From the NCBI RefSeq assembly GCF_001194135.2, contig NC_069002.1, positions 4,039,284 through 4,103,283 of the forward strand: 64,000 bases of DNA. Direction: 5' to 3'. Shown in pieces: positions 53,879 to 64,000 of this stretch (its first letter is position 1; every line of letters starts with the position of its first letter). Source of the stretch: Octopus bimaculoides (Eukaryota). Made by a program: the position numbers and the translations under genes. The notes beneath the pieces were generated by a model. It saw only the letters and a program-made list of their open reading frames with translations, searched no databases and was not told the origin of the DNA.

Positions 53879-56599
53879 TTACGTAAGTGTGAGGGAAGAG
53901 AGAAAGAGAGAGACAAAGACAGGGTATGTATATGTCGCACATCTCCTTTCGCTTTCTCTCTCTCTTTCTGTATATATATATATATATATATATGTATACA
54001 CACACACACACGGTATATATAATCTAGTATACGTATGTGTAAATACACGTCTATCTGTCAATCTATACTCATACATACACACACATACATGTATGGAGAG
54101 AGATAGAGTAAACGACTAGCGAGATGGTAGGGGGGAGAAAGAGAGGCAGATGGATACGGGTTAGTACATATATATGTGTATTTGTATAGAGAACTGCACG
54201 AGAATAGGTTGATCTGTATGTGTGTGTTTGTGTACTTACATAATTTAGCCGAATAAAGAATGGAACATTCTTGTGTATTGAATTCTGTTTCTTGTTTGTT
54301 CTCGCTATCCATCTCCCACGCGGGGGCACACACACACACACACACTTGAATGAAAAAGCTACGGTGACTCTAGGAACTAGATTCGGTTAACTCACACTAG
54401 TTTCTGTCTATCTATCTATCTATCTATCTATCTATTTTTAACTAAATACTTACTCAAGACCAGTCATCTCTCTCTTTCTCTCTCACACACACACACACAT
54501 TCGCGTGGTTCTGGGTTCAATACCACTGTATGGTACTTTGGGCTAGTGTCTTCTACTATAGCGTCAGTTCCACCGTGAAAAAGTACATCAATATACCAAA
54601 TTTGAAAATTTTGACTTCATTTCAATATTTCAAAATCTGTGAAATTAACAGAAAATCACTAGCGTAGCTAGAGTGTGTGCCGCCCGGACCCCACATAAAA
54701 CACATATTGCTTACAGCAGACCCCCAATCTGGCTTGTCATTGAATGGTTCGAGCAGGAAGAAGAGACACTGGGCAATTATTCAGGGAGATGCTGTTGGTA
54801 ACCCACCACAAGGAAGAATTAATCGATACTATGCCGAACAGGTATAGACATGAACACGTTCAGAAAATAGTCGCTCTTCGTACTACATATGTTGATACTG
54901 GTTTCATATTTTTGGCACAAGGCCCGCAATGTTTTGGAAGGGGGTAAGTCAATTACATCGACCCCAGTACTCAGCTAGTATTTATTTTATCGACTCTAAA
55001 AGAATGAAGGGCAAAGTCAACCTATGCAGAATTTGAACTCAGAACGTAAAGACGGACGAAATGCCGTTGAGCATTTTGCCCTACGTGCTAATGATTCTGC
55101 AAACTCGCTGCCATTCTAAATTTAGTTAGTGCTCTTCATACGGATAGTATTTATTTAAAAGTTTATGCCGAGCGAACTGTAAAATTATCGTCATCATATC
55201 CACCACTGCCAAAAGAAGATCGCCTCACTCTCCATTCAGTTTTTTTCTTATTCTCCTACATGCTTGAGTACCTGCTCCAGTGTCTCAGAAACCACAGAAG
55301 CTAGGAAGTGTAATGTTTAATTTTATGAATGAATACTAAATATTTAAAACATTTTCATTGACTTTTAGTCACTTTCTGACGAACAAACGACGACAAAAGC
55401 GTGAAAGTATAAATTATGTCACTCCATACGCAACTCTCACATCAACTAAATGCAACTGACGTAAAGTCACCATTTTCCATGGTTTCCGGATTTTAACTGC
55501 CCCAATTAACCTTCAAAAATCGCCTTTTCTTTGTTTTCTTTAAATACACTCTCTCTGCCTTCCTTTATTTCAGTATGTTGGGTAACGAAAGGCTTTTATG
55601 AATAACGAAATCAGGCTTGTGGAAAGTGATAGATATTTGTAGCGGAATGTAATGTTGAAGGATCAATGTAAGTTGTCAGGTGTAGCAGATGATGTTAGGC
55701 GAAATAAGACCGGTATCGATGAAAAACAATGAAGAAAGAATAGGAATGTAGTTGCATTCGCTTGTTGGATACTGAAAGCTTGCCATTGAATGTCAAGAAT
55801 TTTTGGATGCTATGAAAGTAGTTCAGCTTCATTGCATGCCATTGTTAATCAATACTTCACAGCCATAGAAACAGTGTAGTGAGATCTCCGGTCCTACGAA
55901 CCATGACCTTTGTCTCTGGAGAGATGCCTCTCCTGTTTCGTACATTCTTGTGGATCGGGAAAAGTATGTTTCCTAGTTAAGTGAATTGTCCCACAGCATT
56001 CGCTTGTTGTCTGTTGACGAAGATGTTAGTTTCAGCGCATACTTTTTCGTTGAGTTGATTGATGCATTATTTCAGTCGACTGGTTGCAAATGTCACAGGT
56101 GCTAGAGAACTTGTCAAACCTTTCATTGCGTATCCAGCTTCTGAGACAGCATTGAGAACATAGTCATTTTCAAACGGAGAGACATCAGAAACGTTCTTTG
56201 TTTCTAGCTCCCACCCTGTTCATCCACGGTTTTCATTTATGTTGTCAGACGCCTTCCTCCAAAGACATAGCTATTAGCATTAGTATCAGGGGTATGTGAC
56301 GTCTTGGCGTTACTGCTTCGACGCTGACTTGTTTGACATCAGACGTCTTAATGGTTCACTCGTTCTCTCCTTCCTCCTCTCTCTCGTTGTTTTTGTGTGA
56401 AAGCATATCTCTACATGTATGAGGAAAGCGAAAGTATCTATGCCAATCGTATTCAATTAATAAATTGTAATGTCCCTCTCTTCCCTCCCCCTCTCACTCT
56501 CTATATGTATCTTTTTCTCTTACCTTTTATCTGTTTCAGTTATTAGACTGCGGCCATGCTGGGGCACAGCCTTGGAAAACTTCTAGTCGAGTGACCACA

Positions 56600-57180
56600 G
56601 AGGTGCTCCCTCATTGGCTGTTATTTCTAGCATATCGAGTGAACACATAGATGTCCACTCATTGGCTGTTATTTCTAGTATACTGAGTGAACGCGTATAA
56701 GCTCCTTCGTTGGCTGCTATTTCTAGCACATCGAATGTCACATAGAGGCTCGCTCGTTGGCTGCTGTTTCTCGCATATCAAATGAACACATAATGAGGAA
56801 CCAAGTAGTTACTTGATGTGCTAGAAATAGCAGCCTACAAGAACGCGTGCAAATGGTCACTCCCATGTAGTCCCACGATGTGCTAGAAACAGCAGCCAAT
56901 GAGGACGCTTGCAAGTGGTTACTCGATGTGGTTAACCGTTATGCTAGAAATAACAACCAACGAGGGCTCCTGCAAATGGTCATCCGGTTTGGTCTATCGC
57001 TGTGTAGAAATAGAAACCAAACGAAGGAGCCTTCAATTAGTCGTTGTGGTTAATCGATGAACTAGGAACAGCAGCCAACGAAGGCGCTCGTAAGTGGTCA
57101 CCCGATGTGATTGCCCGATATACTAGAAATAGCAGCCAACGAAGACGCTTGCAAGTGGTTTCCCGATGATCTCGAACTAC
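56600..57180. repeat. Degenerate tandem array: 4 forward plus 6 inverted units around the core TTGGCTGCTATTTCTAG
   Basis: Forward cores at 56614, 56662, 56710 and 56757 (period ~48). Reverse cores CTAGAAATAGCAGCC at 56821, 56883, 56944, 57004, 57062 and 57123 (period ~60). Confidence 0.85.
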
Positions 57181-57838
57181 TGAATAATTATCGTCAAAAC
57201 TGATGCAGGATCCATATATATCTCCACACACACTGCTGAGACAAGGAACCGGTTCCCGTATTCCGCTTAATGACCATTCTGCATCACTTTTTGCTGATGA
57301 TGTCTCCCTATAGATTGACACCGACATAGCAACGTGGCAGAGAAAGTGAGAGTGAGTGAGTGAGTGAGAGAGAGAGAGAGAGAGAGTAGTTATTGCAAGC
57401 AACAGGAAGTACAAGAGAAGAATTTCGGAAATGTTGAGTTTTTGGATACGAAAAGCAGCGGCTATAAAATAGTTGTCTGTCTTTTTTAATTTCGTCGTTA
57501 GAAACGAGCTGAACTGTTTCCCAGCCATTAAGTCAATTCATTACGACACCGGAATCACACGCACACTTGTTATTATACATAATTAAGAAGTTTCCGATAA
57601 TGTCTAAACTTAATCATATTACCACATTATCCGTAGTTGTTTATCGATTGAGTCATTTCTTTTTTTAATGTTTTTTTCTTGTTTAATTGTAAAAAAAAAA
57701 AGGCACCGAGAAATGAACGAATGAAGCGGTTTTCAAAACAAACCAACATGAGGACGTAGAACTGGCCAAAATTATCTCGTTCTTTTCGAAAATTTCTTTT
57801 ATTTAATAGCTTTATTTATTTCACTTCTCCCATAAACC

Positions 57839-60800
57839 ATGTCTGCGACTGTGGAGGGAAATACAGAACGGTACAAACAGTTGCAAAACATAAAAACCAA
57901 GTCTTGTGCCTTACCCAAAGAACGTGACCAGGTAATGTAACCATTAATGTTATTTTGCTCCGAGTCAACCCTCACTGAGTAAGCCGTCGACTAAAGTTTT
58001 TCAAGTCATGACCTCTCTAACTCCCCCCCCCTCCCTTCACACACAATGTATTTACGGTTACATTATCCAGGGGCTTGGCTGCTATTTCATGCAGATCAAG
58101 CGAGCACGCAGTTCTCTTTGTAAGACGGTAGTATGCGGCTCGAAGGAGGCGATTTGGCTTCTATTTGTTGCATGTATCACAAGTACGTAGGTGGTCTCAT
58201 TTTAATATGGCTAGGTGTATTTTGAGGGAGATTTGGCTACTATTTCTAGCAATACCATGGGTACATAGTTCTCTTCTTAACACGGCTGGGTGGGTTTTGC
58301 AGTAGATTTGGCTGCTATTTCTAACAATTACTACGAAGACCTGAAATTCTCTTTTTAACATGGTTGGATGTGTTTTGAGGGAGATTTGGCGGCACTATCA
58401 TGCTATTAGCTGTCAGAAGTGAAAGTGCTCACTGCTAGTGAAGTATCTGTCTGTCTGCCTGCCTGTTGCTGCCCTGTCGATTCTTTGGCTACTGACAGCT
58501 AATACCATGACTGGCCGGAGCGAGCTATATGTCTGTCTGTCTCTCTCTCTCTGTCTATCTATTACTCGAAAGTTATTGGAACAAATTTGACACCTATATC
58601 CATGCGTTTGAAAACACAACACAGAGTATAAGGGTACTCGCGTCCGCGCTAGCTAGTCGTGAGTGGTCGATCCTATTATTTTTAAACTTCAAACTTCATT
58701 TGTTTTCTATTTTGATAAATTCTCACTGTTGAAAATTATATTTTTATATTTTAAATAATTTGCAATTTCAGGAAATATGTTTTTATATTAAATTTGTGTT
58801 TTCTACTCACGACTAGCTAGCGCGGACTTTCGAGTAATAGATAGATAGATAGAGAGAGAGAGAGACAGACAGACAGACATATAGCTCGCTCCGGCCAGTC
58901 ATGGTATTAGCTGTCAGTAGCCAAAGAATCGACAGGCAGACAGACAGACAGATACTTCACTAGCAGTGAGCACTTTCACTTCTGACAGCTAATAGCATGA
59001 CAGTGCCGATTTGGCTACTATTTTTAGCAGACACCATGAGCACGTAGAAATTCTTTTTATTTTTAACATGGCTGGATATGTGTGTATTTTGAGGCAGATT
59101 TGGCTTCTATTTCTAGCAAATCAGACGAACACATACAAGTTTTTTTAAAAACATGGCTAGATGTGTTTTGCAGGAAATTTGGCTGCTGTTTCTTGTAGGT
59201 CGAACGACTTCATAGGAGTTCTCTCGTTTCGCGAATTAACTATATAGGAAATTAGGAATCTCACCAACGATCGCAAATGGCATAAGGTAACCATACATTT
59301 GTAGGAGCTGGAGTAGAGTCAGTTGAAGTGTTCCCTTGAAAAAGACTGGAACTTCGTATACAAGTAAAATTGGTATTCTTTCGTAAGAATGCCGTAAAAT
59401 TAAGTGTGGCCTTATTAAAAGAAGACGCCGACGTTTTTCACAGAGTCATTTTTTTTGGGGGGGGGGGAACAAATGGTTTGGGATGTCGACGGAATTTTCA
59501 GAGAATTTTTGCGAATTTCTGTTTTACACACGGGAATTCATATTATTATGCAAAACTTCCCAGAAAAGTTTTTGTATGTGATTTATGGGCGATTTAGTTG
59601 TTATTATTAGCACATCTCACGGCCACCTGATTTCTTCCTCGTTTCTTTGTCACTCTGACATGTATGCTGGTGTTTCATGCTGTTACGAGTTACTGGTTTG
59701 ACAGAATCCAATATGTTCAAGGATACATCAAGCCCTAATGTGTTCTATTTGGCATGGTTTTTATGGCTGGATGTCCTTCATAACACCAACCACTTTACAA
59801 AACGTTTTATTTTGTTTGTTTGTTTTCTTTTTGTGCTGCCAGCATTAGTAAGGTTGCCATGCAGCTTGCAAGACTACTAACCCTCGGGGTGGAGGGGTTG
59901 ACTCTATGCTTGGAGATAAGGGGTTAAAATATGAGAGAAGTGTGCAGAGCAGATTCTTGTTTAAGAGATAGTGAAAATGATCAGCAGGAGATGCAAAAAA
60001 ATTACCCTTATAAAACCTTACTCAGTTACTTCTATTTCCTAGTCTAGGAGCCCCTGAGAAAACAATGGACAGTGGCTCTTCATTTTATATTATACAAGAG
60101 TCAATGATTGAATGTCTAAGCAATTACATGGCCTACTAGAAATAGTAGTCAAATTTTCCTCAAATAACATCCTACCTTAAAAGAAATGGACACATTGGAT
60201 ACTGTAGTCTTAGGTACACTATACCTGTAATAAAAAGAAAAGAGATGGTCATATGCTAGGTAAACAATAACAACAAAACGAAAAAAAATCTTGTGTTTTT
60301 TTATAAGTTATCAGAATAACCATCAAGGTTTTATCATGTGAATAACCTCGTTTATTAAGTTGCATAATTAATGAGGTTCTGAGTTTCATTGTTAAAAAGA
60401 AAACACTTTCTCAGATACACTTAGATACTCTTTTGTTGTGAATCCAGAACCAGTTGCTCGACTATGACTGCCAGAACTGTTTCTTTTCACTGGTATAATG
60501 GACACAAGTTGTACTGGGAACAGCTGTCATGCCATTTAGGTAATTAAATTCATTCCTCTTAGTTTGTTTCTATTAAAGTCTAAGACATTCCACCTTGTTT
60601 GACAATATCTCATCCTTTGGACATCTCTAGTGTGAATGGTAGTCCTAAAGCACTACTCTGGTTTAACACTGCCACCTACTACCACCCGCCCTTATAGAAT
60701 GCAAGGTAGCTATGTATCACTTCTACAGCAGCACACCTGGGCTGTTGCCTGTTACACTTTTTAGCCCCTCAACACCTGGCCATACAACCACCTCTCAATA

Positions 60801-63800
60801 TCCCTAAATCCCATTAAGTCAAAGGAAGTTTTCCTTTTGCATTTTTTTCATCTTTTCTTTCTACTGTACTTTCTTGTCATGCAAATGACCTAGTTACCTC
60901 ACCAGTGTTGGTAGCACAAAAAGTTACCCAGTAGACATTGTAAAGTGGTTGGCACGAGCGAAGGGCATCCAGCCATAGAAACCATTCCAAAGACATCTGA
61001 GCTTGATGCTGTACTACAAGCCAATATGAGGGTTTCTCTTGTCGTAATTACCGTACTATGGTCTGTTTTAATACAAAATCCACATTTAAGTGGGGATAAA
61101 TATTACTCCTTGATTAATGTCATCAGTGTCTCCTCATCATCATTGTTTTGTTGCTAATATATATATATATTTTTTACAATAATTATAATTTGATGAGCTG
61201 GACAAAATGCCTTGTGGCAGTTCTTCAAGGTTTAATGTCCTGAGTTCAAATCCTGCTGAGTTCAGCTTTGCCTTTCATCCTTTCAGGGTAGATAAAATAA
61301 ATACCAGCTGAGCACTGGGGTAAGTATAATGAACCTGCCCCCCCCTTCCCTGCAAACTTCAACCCCTGTGCCTCTACGAAAGAGAAAAAGTAATTTAGTG
61401 CTTATACAAAATAAAAGCTGAGTTTCGAAAGAAAAATATTTATTGTTTTGTCATTTGTAAAACTCCTCTCATCATAAGTATTGCCATCTTCTCCCTCTCC
61501 TCCTGCCACCAAGACTGGTATGTGTACTCATCCTGCACCTCTTATTTTAACCCTCACTGTCTCTTTTACTCTTTCTCCCTCTCTCACTATACAATATAAA
61601 GCAAGACTGGAGAAACCAACCAACCAACCAACCAGCTGTTTATTATGTAGATATTTAAAACTCATCAATACACATTTTAATTGATTACCAGCATGGACGT
61701 AAGTCTGAGTTTTCTCTTGTTTTTTTTTCCTGCTCATTTAGGGTGATGGGGCTCCTGAGGGGAAGTCTACAAAGAAAGAACAGAAACCATTCTCTGTCAA
61801 GTTGGAACTAGATTTGGTCCAGATTTTCTTATTCATTGGTGCTTTGGCTACAAGAACATGGCAGATTGAACTTCCTCGTGCTGTTGTGTGAGTACCTCGT
61901 GAAATTTATGTTCCTCTCTCGCATCTTTTCCTCTCTCCCAGTGGGTAAAGGAATATTTAGATTGACAGGTAGGTTTGGTGATGCAAACAAGAAAACAGAA
62001 CCCAAAACATGAGTGTATGTGTGTAGATGTATCATCACCATCATCTTTTAAGGTCCATTTTCCATGCTGGCATGGGTTGGACGGTTGCTATGTTCAGAGT
62101 TCAAATTCTGCTAAGGTTGACCCTCTCAAGGTTAATAGAAAAAAAGTACCAGTCAAGTACTGGGGTCGATGTAATTGACTTAACCCCTTCTCCAAAATTG
62201 CTGGCCTTGAGATCAGTATTTCATGCGTTTGTAATTAAGCTTTTAATTGAAGTCTCTTTTAATTTTCTCTTCAGGTTTGATGAGCTTCATTTCGCTAAAT
62301 TCGTTTCATTGTATCTCCAGAATATATTTTTCTTCGACATCCATCCTCCCCTGGGGAAGCTGTTGTTAACACTGGCAGGTAAATACAAATTATTTCTTTT
62401 ATTTTTGTCTTTTTTACTTGTTCCGGTCTTTAGACTGGATGGGAGGTGGGTGGGTAGTTCTTTCTAATGTAGAATATTTAAGTGATTTTTTGTTTTTGTT
62501 TCTAAATTCTATTTCCAGGACACTATACAGGATTTCAGGGAAACCTAAGTTTTGATCGGATTGGAACTGGTAAATATTCTTCTCTCATTACTAACAATAT
62601 AATCTTTTACTTGTTTCTGGCCATGCTAGGGCACATCCTTGAAGAATCTTTAGTCAAACGAATCAACCCCAGTACTTATTTATTCTTCTTTAAGCCTGGT
62701 ACTTGTTCTATCAGTCTCTTTGCTGAACTGCTAAGTTACAGGGACATAAACACACCAACACCGGTTGTCAAATATACATATTTGTACATATTTTTTTATT
62801 CTTTTAGCCATTTGACTGTGGTCATGCTGGAGCCTTCTCTGGCTGTTCCCTCCCTTTTCTGCCTGTCATATCCTCCTCCAACTGCCACCCACCTCTGCAA
62901 AACCTCAGTGGGGCTGTTGAGGTTACCCACCACTACCACCACCACCACCACCATCACTACCATTACCTATAATGGTTTATTGTTGTTCCTTCTCTCCAGA
63001 ATACCCATCAACAGTCCCAGTCAGCCAGTTGCGATTACTACCAGCTATATTAGGGAGTCTTCTGGTTCCGCTTGTTTACCAAATTGTTGTAGAACTTCAT
63101 CTCTCTCGATGGGCGGCACTTTTAGCTGCAAGCTTTGTGTTATTTGGTAAGTCTTTAATCTTTTCATCAATTCTTTCTACTATCTTCTTTTACATTTCCC
63201 AAGCCATTTTTTTTTGTTTTAATTTGTTTTGTATTTTGGCCATCTTCACAATATCTTCTGACTGTCACACTTGTAATCACACAAACCCCGCCATTCTTAC
63301 ATGACTCCCTTATCTTTCAGACAATGCCATCCTTGTGCAGTCTCGTTTCATCCTGATGGAAGGCATGCTTCTCTTCTTCATAGCATTGGCCCTGCTCTGT
63401 TTTCTAAAGTTCCACCACATGCCTGAACAGTAAGTTTCTACCAACATAATTAACCTTTCGTTTTATGTAAATAATGACCATATTTATAAGCTTAAAGCTT
63501 CTAAGTGATCACTATGCATTGTCTGAAGAAAATAGTATCTTAATTGTTTAGGGCAATATGCTGTGCTTGAGAAGACCTGTTGAGTCAAGTGAAATCCTTG
63601 TTGTGGCTGATGCCAGTACTGATTGACTGGCACTTTTGCTGGTGACACATAAAAAGCACCATTTGAGCTTGGTTGATGCCAGTGTCGCCAGACTGTTCTG
63701 GTAACTGTATGGAAGAACTGACCATGATTTCTTTTGATTTTTTTTTTTGTTTTCCTCCAGGGAATTTCGTCTTCAGTGGTGGTTATGGTTGACTATAACT

Positions 63801-64000
63801 GGGCTTTCATTGACGTGTGCATTCAGGTATGTTTCCTTAACATATTCTTTCTCTTCCCCCAATTTCTCTCTTCCTCTCCCTCCCATTTCATTTCATTTCT
63901 TTCTCCTCTTCCTTCCACCCCCACCTGTCTTTGATTCAATGTTCTAATGCATTAATTTTCTTTGATTTGCAGCATTAAATATATTGGTATGATGACTTTC
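57839..64000 (+). CDS. POMT1: Protein O-mannosyltransferase 1, 3'-partial (continues beyond window)
   Basis: Exons: 57839-57931 (ATG in ACCATG context; tentative, but phase 0 matches the next exon), 61742-61887, 62275-62378, 62519-62569, 63000-63146, 63321-63429, 63761-63826, 63973->64000. Translation includes [80 protein letters not shown] and WWLWL.ITG....AFSIKYIG, closely matching POMT1. Confidence 0.94.
58060..59220 (+). repeat. Tandem array (~7 units, ~75-85 bp period) of the GATTTGGCTGCTATTTCTAGCA unit in POMT1 intron 1, interrupted by a MITE
   Basis: Cores near 58075, 58154, 58234, 58308, 58386/59011 (split by the insertion), 59100 and 59179. Confidence 0.75.
58391..59007. mobile_element. 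Non-autonomous foldback/MITE DNA transposon, 617 bp, long TIRs, 8-bp TSD
   Basis: 58391-58572 is the near-perfect reverse complement of 58827-59007. An extra 23-bp perfect inverted pair lies at 58642-58664 / 58805-58827. The identical 8-mer GATTTGGC flanks both ends (58383-58390 and 59008-59015). Termini are GGCACT...AGTGCC. No coding capacity. Confidence 0.9.

Overview
AT-rich, microsatellite- and SINE-dense eukaryotic DNA with 11 N-gaps. The repeat content suggests a coleoid cephalopod, probably Octopus (inference, not a database match). I rebuilt four multi-exon protein genes by hand from GT-AG boundaries and phase consistency. (1) A front-end fatty acyl desaturase (FADS family, +, 6881-17371) lacking its N-terminal HPGG exon(s). 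(2) A single-domain hexokinase with motif substitutions (+, 38279-47233), partly hidden in gaps. (3) An Mn-dependent ADP-ribose/CDP-alcohol diphosphatase (ADPRM, -, 51479-49967). (4) The 5' part of protein O-mannosyltransferase 1 (POMT1, +, from 57839, running off the window). Best second-look items: a phase-compatible exon chain upstream of ADPRM that could encode a separate ~115-aa protein and/or an N-terminal extension through a dual-frame exon; a young foldback MITE with an exact 8-bp target-site duplication in POMT1 intron 1; an inverted satellite-like array upstream of POMT1; a minimal hammerhead-like motif of Penelope-element type just upstream of the hexokinase; a pre-miRNA-sized hairpin; and a head-to-tail SINE stack. 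Most ORFs in the supplied track are microsatellite, SINE or N-gap artefacts. No CRISPR array, rRNA or genuine tRNA gene was seen, and no clearly new multi-gene system can be claimed from sequence alone.
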